A program made the position numbers and the translations under genes. From contig NC_042998.1 in the NCBI RefSeq assembly GCF_006345805.1, forward strand, positions 126,604,001 to 126,668,000: a DNA stretch of 64,000 nt, read 5' to 3'. Positions 11,261 through 25,256 of this stretch are shown here, piece by piece; the first letter of the stretch is position 1, and every line of letters begins with the position of its first letter. This DNA is from Octopus sinensis (taxonomy: Eukaryota). Under the pieces are notes generated by a model. The model made no database searches, had not been told where the DNA came from, and worked only from the letters and a program-made list of their open reading frames with translations.

Positions 11261-12671
11261 ACCTTGAGAGCTGATATCAGAATGGACTTCGGACTGAGAA
11301 AATGTGGTGTGTTAGTATTGAAGAGAGGTAAAATCAAATGTATGGACGGATTAATGATACCGTCGGGGGAGGTTATGAAGCAGATAGAAGAGACGGGCTA
11401 TAAGTACTTGGGGGATTTGGAAAATGGATAAAGTGATGGAGAAAGAAATGACAGAAAAATTTAAGGTAGAGTACTTGCGCAGACTGAGACTGATCCTTAA
11501 GTCGAAATTAAACGGACGGAATAAGATCGAAGCTATCAACAACTGGGCGGTTTCACTCCTTAGATATGGAGCAGGGGTAATCGCATGGACAGTAGACGAA
11601 CTAAACAGCTTAGACAGAAAGACAAGGAAGTTGCTAACTAGATATAGGTCACTCCACCCAAAAAGTGACAAAAAGGGGTGGAAGAGTACTTATTGGATGC
11701 GAACACAGCATTAGAGCAGAAGAAAACAACATAGCATGGTATATAAAAATGCCACAGAACCGCTGTTACTAGAAGTAAGAAGGTCAGGATGAAAGACTGC
11801 TGCAAAGTAAAGCACTATACAAGAAATTGAAAACGAATGAAACTGAAAATAGGTGGGTAAAGAAAAGAATGTATGGTCAATTTCATAGGGATGTTGAAGG
11901 TAAGACAGACAGAGAAAAAAGATGACTGTGGATGATTAAAAGTGATTTAAAACCGGAAACGGAGGCTCTAATCTGTGCTGCCCAAGAGCAAGCACTAAGA
12001 ACAAACTACATAACATACAGAATAGACAGCAAGTGATAAGTGCAGAATATGTGGACAAAACGGCGAAACCGTATGGTATATTACCTGCCAATGTACGCCA
12101 CTAGCCCAGAAGGAATGTAAGAGATGTCATAACAATATAGCCAGGCTTGTCCATTGGACACTTTGCAACAAGTATGGACTTGACAGAGAAAAGAATTGGT
12201 ACGACCACAAACCCGAAGGCATTGTCGAAAATAGAAATGCAAAGATCCTATGGGATTTTATGATTCTGTGCGACCATGAGATAGAGAATAGGAAGCCAGA
12301 CATAGTCTTAATTGAGTAAGAAAACAAACTATGCTGGATCATATATATAGCATGCCCAGATGACTACAAGGTATGCAATAAGGAAGAAAAAAAAGTCGAG
12401 AGATATGACAGGTTAGCTTGAGAAGTTAAGCTGTTGTGGTCGATGAAAAAGGTAGCAGTAGTACCAATAATTGTTGGAGCCCTGGGAACACTGAGAAGTA
12501 CGTGGAACAAATAGGGGCTTCAATAAGAGTGGAGCACTTGCAGAAAATAGCTCTGCTTAGAACCGCTCGAATACTCCGGATGGTGCTCGAAAAATAAGAG
12601 GTGTTACCTTAGTTCACTGGTAGTGAACAGCTGATACTATAATACATCTCCAGCAAAGGCAATAAATAATA

Positions 12672-12709
<38 letters not shown>

Positions 12710-12798
12710 AATAATATAATAATAATAATAACAATAATAATAATAATAACAACAACAACAACAACAACAACAACAAAAACAACAACAATAGCAGCAGC

Positions 12799-12834
<36 letters not shown>

Positions 12835-12855
12835 AACAACAACAACAACAACAAC
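11261..12855 (+). mobile_element. 5'-truncated R4/Dong-like LINE (RT thumb, CCHC knuckle, PD..D endonuclease) with trinucleotide tail
   Basis: ADIRMDFGLRKC...YKYLG; ORF 11424 (KSKLNGRNKIEAINNWAV); CRICGQNGETVWYITCQC; KPDIVLI; tail (AAT)(GAT)(AAC)n at 12660-12855. Confidence 0.92.
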
Positions 12856-13058
12856 TGTTCTCTGAACTTTACTTAGAGAAAAATATGGTATATTTGTGCC
12901 ATGTTAATACTAATTTAACAAGGTGTATATTGGTATAACACGTAGCTATTTCAAAGCCCGGTACTACTGCCAAACATATTCATCCTTGAGCCTAACGAGC
13001 AAAATTTCAACAATCTAATCAAATTAGTTATGACTGCAAGGAAAAATAATTGACAAAC

Positions 13059-13203
13059 TATAAGGTTGTCCCAAAAGTTCGTAGAAAGTCTTGGAAAATA
13101 ATGGTCTTTATTTTGAGGAATAATTTTTGTTGTTTTTGTTAGTACTTGGCGAGTAAAAATTCAATTTTCGCAAGTGTTTACGAACTTTTGGGACAACCTA
13201 ATA
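13059..13203. mobile_element. mariner-type MITE, 145 bp
   Basis: TIRs TATAAGGTTGTCCCAAAAGTTCGTA / TACGAACTTTTGGGACAACCTAATA. Confidence 0.85.
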
Positions 13204-14857
13204 TAATAGAATATCACCGAGAAAGCCACACATTACATGAACGACAGTAAACCATGCAGCTTATGTATGGGAGAGGCCGCACAAAAAGTATTTCTGCGAA
13301 ATACAAATTCATAGTTTCTTATTCTATGTAAACACAGGTTACGTCACACATACCACAATTGTAAACCAATTTTAGAGTCAGTTGGATAAGAAATGTGCTC
13401 AGTGTTGGAGTGGAGGTAGTTCTAGCATGCGAGATAGCATCTAACGGAGATGCAAGGTGGTATTAATTCATATTCCACATACTCAACTTAATATATGTTG
13501 ATAACCATTTAATGATATGACGTGTGATACCTAAAATAACATGCTGTTTATAATGTATCCTCGAAACCGACTTATATTGAAGGACTGAGCCCCTTCTACT
13601 AGGCATATTATCCAGCTGAAGTGCATTGTGCTATATCTATCACTATTTCTTATTTAAACTGTATATTTTCAGGCTTTTTTCTTTATTAAAGTGAATATTT
13701 CAGTATATGGCTACTTTCATCTTTCTTCAGAACTCCTAACTAAACCAAATGTTCAGAACTGCATATTTATTAGGTTTATTTATTCTGTACTCAACCGTTT
13801 AGCTCAATCTTTTACTGCATACTTTTCATTTTTAATTTATTCGACTAAACACAAAATTACGTTAGTTGTTGTTGCTAACTTTATTGACTGTCATTTCCTA
13901 TCTTAATCTTATTGTATGAATACTTCGACACTATCTTTCTAAATAATATTCTCACCAGTCTTTACATATCTGAATTATTATCTACTAGTTATTGCTGCTG
14001 AGTCTATTGTTTGGCACATCTCTTCTTAATGTTACTGGATTAATGCACTGGAGATATTTCTTCAAGTAATATTCCTATCTTTCTATATCAATCCAAATGG
14101 TTCTCTGTCAGAATAGTAAAACAGACAGTACCAGTGTTTGGCAGAGTTTTGTTACAGTTTGGTTTTTCATGTTTAATCATATTGATAAATGGTGGGGCAA
14201 AGATAAGTAGGCATTCAAACAAATAAATAAATAAAAGATAAATGGATAGGTAGATAGAGAGGGAGTTAGATTAAATTAATTAATAATTAGTTGTAGTTTG
14301 AACTTGATTGCTGGATAGTTTCTTTTGCTGATGAATTGCTCTGTGAACGTGTTCGAATTAAAAAATTCATCATCTACTCGGACGTACAATATTTCATCGA
14401 TAACCAGGTAGTCATTCATCAACGATTTTTATCTTGTTAGAAACTAAAGCTTCTTCAAAAAATACATTGAGTTTAACGATGAAGTGTATTTAGACGTTTA
14501 AAGAAGAGAAGCAGCGTGACAGTATGTAAGCAACAAGATCTGTAAGCACATCAAAATGTGAATAATGAACAAAATTGATTAGTTGCCGAAATACCGCTTA
14601 AAATTCATCACACATTCAATTCTTAAGTGTTGAACACGCGAAATATTAGTTTTTATTAGTATTTAATATACATTTCTTTTCTATTTGTTTTCGAGTATTG
14701 GTGCTTTTATATATATAATACATTTTGTTTTTGAAACCACTGTCATTCAGATCTTCGTAGTAATGTGCAGCAAGTGAAAGGATTCCTCATGAGAGGTTTA
14801 GCAGAAATTACACTTACTATTATTGACTAACTTCCGAAGTATTATTGGGAGATGGTT

Positions 14858-15017
14858 AGGCGTGGTTGGGCGGTAAGAAGTTTGCTTCTGAACAACATGG
14901 TCCCGGGTTCATTGCCACTGCATGGCACCTTAGGCAAGTGTCTTTCACTATAGCTTCGGGTTGACCAAAGCCTTGTGGGTGGATTTGGTAGACGGAAACT
15001 GAAAGAAGCTCGTCGTA

Positions 15018-15094
<77 letters not shown>

Positions 15095-15115
15095 GTCTAT
15101 CCGTCTGTCTCTCTC

Positions 15116-15151
<36 letters not shown>

Positions 15152-15370
15152 TCTATATATCTATCTATCTGTGTGTGTGTGTGTGTGTGCGTGCGTGCGC
15201 GTGTGTATCTTTGTATCCGTGTTTTCCTCCTCCCATCACCGCTTGGCAACCGGTGTGGGTGTGTTTACGTCCTCCTAACTTAGCGGTTCTGCAAAAGACA
15301 CTGGTAGAATAAGAGCTAGGCTTAAAAAAAAAGAAAGAACCTGAAGTCGATTTATTCAACTAAAACCCTT
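14858..15370 (+). mobile_element. SINE family C (tRNA head, CORE-like block, internal microsatellite)
   Basis: CCGGGTTCA B-box region, TTAGGCAAGTG, GGATTTGGTAGACGGAAACTGAAAGAAGC, (TATC)n, then AATAAG..CTAGGCTT. Confidence 0.85.
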
Positions 15371-15990
15371 TACCAGTATTAAACGTACAGTTATATCTAG
15401 GAAAAGGAAATTTGAATTCGTATTTACTATGATCCTTAAATGTAACACTTTCAGTATGTTGTTGATCACCTTCATAAAAGCATTCATTGTTAATTCATTC
15501 ATATTCCTCAAAAGAATTGTTCATGATTAGAGTAAGTACCTAATTCTGTGTACCCTTTTGAAGTTGATACAAAATGTTCAGTCGTATCAATCATAAACTT
15601 CATCCCCATCACACAAGAAGCAATTCCTGGTGATGATGTTTAACTCCAACAAAGACAGCAAAGATTTCCTAGCATGCGTAATAGTAATATCAATGCCAAC
15701 GTTACTAACTGAAATAATATCCACGTTGAATAATTATACAGCTTTTTCAAGAACGGATTTTGCTAGAAACGGACAGAACTCTATGATATTGGCCTGTGTA
15801 AATGTATGTATGTATGTATGTATGTATGTTTGTATGTATGTATGTATGTATGTATGTATGTATGTATGTATGTATGTATGTATGTATGTATGTATGTGTG
15901 TATGACGGTATGTATGCATGTATTGTGTGTATAGTTTTATGCATGTATGAATATATGTATGTATATTGCATGTATGCGTATATATGTGTA

Positions 15991-16385
15991 TTTTCTTTTA
16001 TTCTTTTATTTGTTTCAGTCATCTGACTGCGGCCATGCTGCAGTACCACCTTGAGTCAAACCAATCGACTTCAGGACGTATTCTTTATAAGCCTAGTACT
16101 TATTCTATCGGTCTCTTTTGCCAAATCGCTAAGTTATGGGGACGTAAACACACCAACATTGGTTGTCAAGCGATGGGGGTGGGAGGCAAACATAGACACG
16201 CAAACACACACACATACACATATATATATACGACGGGCTTCTTTCAGTTTCCGTCTACCAAATCCACTCAAGGCTTTGGTCGGCCCGAGGCTACAGTAGA
16301 AGACACTTGCCCAAGGTGCCACGCAGAGGGACTGAGCCCGGAACCATGTGGTCGGTAAGCAAGCTACGTACCACACAGCCACTCC
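15991..16385 (-). mobile_element. SINE family C, full length
   Basis: Reverse complement of the family C head through its (AAAAG)n-like tail. Confidence 0.9.
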
Positions 16386-16469
16386 GTGCATGTATATATA
16401 CATATAAACATGCATATATTTACACACGCGCTAGCGTACATATAATATATTTGTATGTATGATATATTT

Positions 16470-17140
16470 TTAATAAAAAAGTGAAAACTAGAACATTGTC
16501 GTCTTTTCAATACGACATGTATTTATATTTAAAATTGAGCTTATGTTTTTTCCCACACAGCAACCTATGTTCGACACATTTTTCATAGAAATGCATTGTA
16601 AACGGATATACCTCTATGTGCGTTATCTAGGATTGCAAAACTGCTAAAATTTCGTACATCTGATTTCATCCGACCTCATGTCAATACATTATCCTACAAA
16701 TACACATGTACACATGTGTTTCTAAATGTGTAACATTGAACACGACACAATGGCACATGTTGCCTTTCATTTATAATATGTATTGATATCAATGCATCAC
16801 CACACGAATAGCTTCGTCACTTGTTTGTCATCTAGACATTCATATAATACGTTGAGCAGATGGTAACATTTCAAAAAATATAAAACTTCGATAAAATAAG
16901 ACATGAAAATGATAATTCATTTTAACTTTTGTCTGATTGGTTGTAACGCTATCGATTGACAGTGAATTTGCTATTATACATCGGGCACCGATGTCAAGAT
17001 CGGAATGGTTATAAATCATACCTTTCTTTACCCAAACCGTACCAAGTTGATTAGCTTCTACGCTGACCATTAGTTGTCATGTTCAACGTAAAGATACATC
17101 TCACATGACAAGCTAATCTTGTGGATGACAAGTGAAATAT
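16470..17140 (-). mobile_element. Possible ancient mariner remnant
   Basis: Minus-strand YEKCVEH resembles the mariner C-terminus, and HFHVLFY resembles the N-terminal helix. Very decayed. Confidence 0.3.
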
Positions 17141-18297
17141 ATCATGTTAAATTTTGGATTTACAATTCTTTTCAAACAAAGTATGAATTACGAATCGACA
17201 GCTCGAAGATTTTCCAGTCTCTCGAAAAGTTTTGATGAGATAAGAAGATATCTGTGAAATTAGGGGAAAAGGACAAGAGGAAAAAAAAATCATGTTTGAG
17301 TGATATTTATACAGGAGTCAATTAAGTTATGAACTAGGTATCATTTCAAGATGAAGATTTACTCGTTTCTCGAAGAACTTTGCTAAACAGAATTGAGTAT
17401 CTGTGAAACTGCAATATTTCCCCGTAGGATAGTGAAGTTGTCAAGAGAAACAATTAGGTTGTAAATCGCTTTACATTCTTTTAAAGGAATTAACCGGATG
17501 ATTTCGCTCAACTATTGAAGAGATTTACTGAATAAGATTGAATTTCTCAGTAAGTGTGAGACGATTATTGAGGTTTGGTTTACATCCGTTGGGGAAAGAA
17601 ATCTATTGAAACTTAACAATACTTCGGTTGCTCCCGGTGACAAGTTGGCAGAAATATTTGACCACCGGATTAAGTAAATTAATTTAAACAATCCTTTTTT
17701 CTTTTGTTAACTTTATAATAATATGAATTCAAATCTTACCAGGTGAAATAAACGCAATTTGTGTAATGGGGACTGATCCATTCAACTATATACTTTGTAT
17801 ACAGAAATCTATCTTATTTAGGGTGAAATGAGGCCAACACTATACACGTAGAGATAAACTTTTGGCAAGCTGAAACTAAATCGCAGCTTCAAATTTCCAT
17901 TATTTACGTTGCAGATGTATGAACATGTATATGTGTGCACGGTATTAGCATTCAACTGTGTGTATTTTCTTATTAAACAATAGAATATTCACGAGATCTC
18001 TACTATACTCTTTGTGTGAAAAGCGACTTTAGCAAATATTGTACATTGCGGCGATAAAATATATTCTTGAATACAAGCCCTTTTACCTAATGTAACTTCC
18101 ACTTCATTTTCTGGAACTTTGAAAACCGAAAAAGGAAGCTTATTTTATGAACGCACGAAAATTTTTTTTCAGCTATTCATGAAATCGAGACACTTCATAA
18201 ATGACATCAACACGCATGCTCGTCAACACAGACGTATCTCAATAGCGAAGGTAAGGATAAGGGTCACATAATTCTAAAATGCGTTCGGTTTCTGAGA

Positions 18298-18358
<61 letters not shown>

Positions 18359-18511
18359 CACATCGTTGTTTTTTCTTCTCATCCGAACAATAAAAATGAA
18401 AATGGAATTACAAAATCTCATTGGAAAGAACTTGCGTACCTAGGCGAAAGTTCGATATTTTTTTAGTTAATTTTTTTCTGTAACTAGTGAGTTTAGAAAG
18501 GTGTCATACCA

Positions 18512-18558
<47 letters not shown>

Positions 18559-18663
18559 ATATATCTTCAGTAGTTCATATATCCGAAAAAGAAGCGCTAT
18601 AAAGCGAAACCTACAGGTGCGAAATCAATGGTTACTGTCTGACCGGCCTTCACAATCAACCTC

Positions 18664-18730
<67 letters not shown>

Positions 18731-19299
18731 TATATATATATATGTATATACATATATATATATGTATATGTATACATACCAGAATAGTACTCGAATACCG
18801 GAAGTAGAGTAATATGCTTTATTATTAAAGCTGCAAAAATGACACCAACACGTATGTTTTTGTGATGTTTTTGCAGCTTTAATAATAAAGTATGTATATA
18901 TATATATATATTCCAACACACGCGTACACCCGTATGTGTGTGTGTGTGTGGTGTGTGTGTGTGTGTGTGTGTGTGTTTCTTCTCTCTGATTAATCGAGGT
19001 GTCTCACAAAGCGCTCAACTTCTACATTTGCGGCATCAATATCGATACGCCCAGAAGCAAGAACGGACATCTTTTGTTGAACAGATGAATTTAAGTTATC
19101 ACTCATTAGTTACCGCCCTCACTTTCGTACCGTGTGTTAGCCATTTGCAGTTACGTGGATTGGAAGAGAAAGAATAGATGAGGAATAGACAGAGACAAAA
19201 GATAGAGAAAGAGATAAAAAAAGAGAGATGTTAAGTGCTTTGGCTATGGGCAGTATAGCGTCGATTACAGAATATAGCAAACTATTGATTTATTTTTAC

Positions 19300-19490
19300 A
19301 TTGGTGCAAGGCCATAAATCTGGATGTAATTGGGTATAGTCGTTTGAATCTAGACAACTACAAGGCTAGTATTTATTTTATCGACTCCGGAAAGATAAGA
19401 GTCAAAGTGTGTTCAAGTGCGATTTGAATTCAGAACGTGGAGACAAAACTAAATCTTAAAAGGTTACGCAAATATCTGTACAAGCATCTA
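19300..19490 (-). mobile_element. Degenerate SINE family A
   Basis: TATTTTATCGACTCCGGAAAG...GATTTGAATTCAGAACG matches family A. Confidence 0.6.
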
Positions 19491-20721
19491 CCGATTCATT
19501 TTGTATGGAGGAAAATATTAGAAAAATATCTCTATACGACACCAAGAAACGTAGTTCACAGGTCACAGGATATAACAAACATTCACCCATTCACTTCGTA
19601 ACATCATATCACACGCTATCTCTTCATAAGCCACCTTAACGATTCACATCTCACACTTTACTCTCTCCCACCACAGAATATAACACACGATCAAGATTAG
19701 ATATTAAGCCAAGATTAAGATTATCTGGATATAGTCTAAGAAGCTTTTCTTGACTGTTTTTTGTTGTTTTTGTTTTTAACTTAATTTCGTTTCTAAATCG
19801 TGACAATTTCACAACACCTCTAGTATATCAGGGGATTGAAGGTTGACACACATACATGTACATCTTCACGCGCACACACACACACTTGCATTCGTATACA
19901 CTCAAACAAATATATATTTACACAGACTCGTAAATGCACATGTACACACACATACACACACACTCACACACAAACTCATTTTCATGCAACACATGCAAGC
20001 AAATGCTCATACAAAGAAATGCCTAGACAGAGAAAAAGAATCGTGCAGATAGTATAAATATTCATCTAGATACATACATACAACTGAAACATCAAATCAC
20101 AGTTACGCATAGATCGAAAGCTATAGAAATAACATGCACACACACACATACACACACACACATACACACACACACACACAGAGACACACACACACACGTG
20201 TATGCAAACACAGTAACTCAGTGATACACAGTTAAATATACAACTACACAGACACATATATCAACAAATACACTCTTATGTAAACAGACACATGCACACA
20301 TATAGAAACATATACATGCATAGGTACAATATGTAATCACAAGTATTGTATACTGGCAAATATTTATTTAATACGACGTTTCGATCGAATGTCTTTCATT
20401 TTTAAAATACGCTCTTTAAACGTTGATGTTGACTAGATACAATCATATAACGTCATGAAATTTGAAAGTAGTTATGCTCTGTTCGTAAAGCTGTTATAAT
20501 AATTCATGTACTGTTTTCTGTGAAGAGCTGCTTTCTGTTTATACACATATGCCTTCAATGTTGGGATTGCTGTCGCTCTTTAGTCCAACTGACCATCAGA
20601 CCTTTTCTTTTTTACTGGTACTGAATCTAGGATTACATTTTCTTTCTATTTCTAAGTATGGTCGGTGTGATATAAGATGGGGCTGCTTTTCTGGGAGGTC
20701 AATCGACCATGTTGGTTCGTA

Positions 20722-20800
<79 letters not shown>

Positions 20801-20806
20801 AGAGAG

Positions 20807-20881
<75 letters not shown>

Positions 20882-22309
20882 TATATATATATATACATAC
20901 GACAGGTTTCGTTCAGTTTCCGTCTACCAAATCCACTCACAAGGCTTGGTCGGTCTTGTTAGTCTTTTAAATGAAAGGATGAATCAAATCATAGATCAAC
21001 GTGCATTGCTTCAGAAAAAAAAAGAAAACAAGAAGAAAAAACGAAAAGAAAAAGGATTGGTCATGGTGCAGATAGATGTTGTAAGTTTGTTGGATCAGGG
21101 TTGATCTGGGGATAAACCATAACAACAAATGAAATATTAACTGCTACAACTAAAAAGATTATATATGTAAAAAACAAAAGCAAAAATGAAACAACAAAAT
21201 CCTCAGCGATATGTTGCTGAATTAACAACAGTGTAGAAATAATCTGGAAACGAAGCCAAACAACAGGCATTGACTATGGTGTAGAAGCTTGCTTCTACAC
21301 CAGAGTTTATGCTATGAAAATATTGCCAACTATCAAATAATTAATTGTAATTATTAAATTAATTTAGTTGAATGTCATGTGAAAGTCATTTAAACAGGAA
21401 CATTTTGAGTCGAGCACTACCAAATATATGTCACATTGACTATGTCTCGTAACTTAGGAATTAGAGACATGGAAATCGGTTAAATATGTACCAGACTGAA
21501 ATATGTACTAAGGTAGATATGATCGAATATACTCTTGATAAGATGCATTAGCATAACCATAATCTAGCGACTTAAACCAGCTCCCACACTCAAAATTCAT
21601 AGCTTAATGTAAAGACTGTCAAAACGTCTATTGATGTAAAAGTTTCTAGTTGTCAGTAATTTTCGCTTTTTTATTCCAGTATATCGGATCTCGTCTAGTT
21701 TCCAGCCACATAGAGCAAAATGTTGATTTTTAATTTAGATACAAGACAACAAATTTATAAAGAGGAAATGTAGTCGATCACTTCGATCACAATACTTGAA
21801 ATGTACTTATTTTACTGGCCCCGACAAGAACTGATTTCAGGACAGTAACAGCTCTCTCTGTTCCACCAATACTGAATACTGAATTATCATATAATAAAGC
21901 TAAATATTGAGATCAAAAGGTGAATGTATCAAAACTTGATGCATCATCCACCTTTTGATCCCAATATTTAGCTTTCACAGTACTTAGGTTTCGCTACTGC
22001 TTCATATCTCCCAATTCTGCATTAAACAATTCGCTCAATCAGTCCGATTCAAAACTGGAGCCCTTTCCCTACTCATAATAGTAATCTAAATTATGGTTTA
22101 GAATTATAATTTTATACCTTATTAAGCTCATCGTTAAAAATCTAAATTGTTCTGATGTTTATATATGTGTACTATTTACATATTTATACTACATTTCATC
22201 TTCGATCGTCACTAGAGGTCTTATTCTTGGATGTGAACGTAGTACTGGACTGGATATGAACTTGGATTCTTTATTTCTAAACTTAGGTATAATAACACTC
22301 TTTATGCAC

Positions 22310-23720
22310 TACAGATAAATTATTTATTTATTGTTGGCTGGGAATTCTGAGGAGCAGATTTCATTCTGATGAAACAGTCTCGCGTGCTTTGTTAAAACAC
22401 CCGCACGGGATATATTTTCGTCCATCTCAGGTTACATACTGCATTCGTAACTAGTTATGAAGTTATGAGAGAAGTGGATAGGATACTGATAGAGATCTTG
22501 CCAGACTGGCTCATCACGTTTCTTTGATGATCAGACAGGAACACATATTTTGATTAAACTCCATATCTATATCTGTTGAGAATCTGATAACCAGCTCAAA
22601 GTTCCTTCTCATACTGCTTATATTTATAAGGTAGAACTTAAGGAATCCATCTACAAAGATGTTATGTTTCAAGCTGTTATTTCTATCGATCACTTCAGCT
22701 GATTACATACTCATCATATTTAATACACATATTAAGCATCTGAGACGACATTGCTGCTACACACACAAGAATGCTAGATTGCCTTGACAAGGTTGGTAGA
22801 TGATTGGCAAAGACCTATTCCGCACTATCACATGCATGTTGCTTTGTTGCATATTTATACCTCTTCGGTCGCTTTTACAACAAATTCAGCTTCTCTGAAC
22901 AAGCACTGTTTACCACCTTTATTAAAGATCATCCTAGGAATCCATCATTTGCTATCTCTGCTTTTTCATATCTCCCGAACCCGCATTAAGTACTTTTGAT
23001 AATCATGCTCTATTCAAAATAGTGATCACCTCCTTGCCCATCTTTTATCAACAACCGAATATCGAGCAACCGTAGCAACATCTCACCATCTGGTAGGCCT
23101 TGTAAAAGGACATGCGTCCACCCTCTTTCAACTATGCAATAAATACGTATAATAGCATTACATAAAATCGAAATCCTAGAAATACAAAACTGATACTTTA
23201 TCATATCAGAAAACGGGTAATTTTCTAAAATAAAGATACGTTGTCTATGGCTCCTAATAGCGGAACTTTTGAAAGATGAACCTCCAGCATCTACGAGTGG
23301 TCAACAGAACCGCACACTCTCTTGTAATTCAACCAGATCGTAACTAAATTCATTTTATGCTGCTGTAGCTGTGGAAACACAATTTCGTAGATAAAAACAG
23401 TGGCTCAATAGATTCTCTGACTTCTTTTTCAGCTGCTTTTTCAACTGTAATAATAATGTTGGCATCAGAGTGATCCCAGAGGACTATACTAATACAAGCT
23501 GTATGAAGTTTACCAATGGTATTCTGACAAGCAACTGCTCAGTGTTCTTTGGCATGTGATTAGCTTTGCTCCTGGGTATTAATTGTGTTTCCGCCAATAA
23601 CAACCAAATTCGTATATCGGCGTGATTGATAAGATGTCAGATAAAGAGTTTTCTTGATTATTGTGGCCAATAATCAAATCACTTCACGGTACTTTCTTAT
23701 CCAATAATTTTCCAATGCCC
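22310..23720 (-). mobile_element. Highly degenerate R4/Dong-like RT fragment
   Basis: Minus frames give WLLLAETQLIP, ACQNTIGKLHTAC...DHSDANII, RFSTDIDMEF and DENI...SSEFPANN, matching blocks in 10449-12660. Confidence 0.7.
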
Positions 23721-24283
23721 TAGAGTACTGCTCCCTCTAAGGTGTACGCGCGTGTACGCACACACATGCGCTTTGCAACCAGTGCACAAAAGAAATTAAT
23801 GTTAATTCACCCCCAAAAATAATACAGTGCACAAAAGTTAAGTTACCTAATAAAATACAATAATTAAAAATTATACGCATTGAAAATATCTTTGTGGCTT
23901 CTGATAATTATGATAATTAGAATACGTAACAATAGAAGTAAGTTTGCATGTAGCTTTTATGTCTTGTTCATTTAGAAAAATAGTTACCTGATGACGAAGT
24001 TCAAGAACATTCAGTCTTTTTGTTCCTACTTAATAGCTGGTGGGGACTTCACATTTGGCAATGAACGAGATAAACTTTTTGTATTATTGTCATGATTTTA
24101 TGCAATTGCACAAGTATTTAGTGCGGACACACTTTTGTCACAAGAAAGATAACATTTGCCAGAAATAAGATTTTCAAGCATATTGACTACTTAAAATTAG
24201 GGAAAACGTTGCTCTAGAATGATTTATCGTCGTTGATACTGTATATTTAGGTTGTGATGCAGCGGCTATGTTAAATTTTGATT

Positions 24284-25256
24284 TACGAGGGCAAGTCAAA
24301 TAGTATCCGCACTTTCGCCATAACATATCTTTATTATTGTCACATTGCCATCTGCTCATGCGTGCTTATAGTTGGCACTATTGTGGTCACGTGATCGAGG
24401 TTTGAGCCTGATCGCACCATTTTTCTTTCTGGCTTTACAGTGTTAGCATGGCCGCTCCATTAGCAATACGCACCAAAGATGAACAAAAGATTTTTCTGGT
24501 CGAAAGGTGTGCCAGGTACTGAAATTCATCGGAGGCTTTTAGCACAGTAGGTTAATGGTTTCAACGGCCTGGGCGGCCGTGTATAAGCGTGTGTTATCAT
24601 GCAACAACAAGACTTTCTTCGACAATAGGATTCAGCGTTTGGTGCGAATTGCTGACTTCAGTTTGTTGGTCAGCAAATTACTGTATCTTGCACTGTTCTA
24701 GATAGTCTTCCAGTATAGTCCTTTTTGAGTCCCCAAAATGGGTTAGTATCATATTTCGCGCGGAAGACTGAGCCTAGAATTTCTTCGACGCTGGCGATCC
24801 AGGATGATTCCACTCCATACTCTATCTTTTGGATTCTTCCTCATAATGATGGGCCACGTTTCATCAAAAAGCTCTCGCCCTCATTGTTGTAGCGATCGAG
24901 TAAACATTGATAGACCTCAAGACGCTTGCGTTTGCGCTCTGCAGTAAGCTGTTTGGCACCGATCTTGCACAGACTTTATGGAAGCCGAACACATCGTGGA
25001 TGATTTTCAGCACCTGACACAACTTCCGACTTGAGAAATCGGATCACTGCTCTTTGTACTTCTTTGGTGCACATTGCTAATGGAGCGGCCATGCTTACAC
25101 TGTAAAACCAGAAAGAAAAATGGCGCGAACAGGCTCAAACTTCGATCACGGGACCAGAATAGTATCAACTATAACCATGCATGCGCAGAAGGCAGTGTGA
25201 CAATAATAAAGATATGTTATGGTGAAAGTGCGGATAAATTTTGACTATGTAGTTAC
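24284..25256. mobile_element. mariner derivative bounded by two LEFT ends (long inverted arms)
   Basis: 24284-24549 is the 5' end on +. 24550-~25256 is an inverted copy running from the 5' end to HTAAQAVETIN. Both are homologous to 4441-5400. Confidence 0.9.

Noticed and set aside
17741-18115. Further minus-strand mini-exons (18086-18115, ~17741-17795)
   Set aside because: Weak donor or acceptor and no phase link to the 28-29 kb pair.
23725-23800. hAT-like terminus (CTGCTCCCTCTAAG...GCGCGTG)
   Set aside because: Only one degenerate end, with no partner TIR or 8-bp TSD found.
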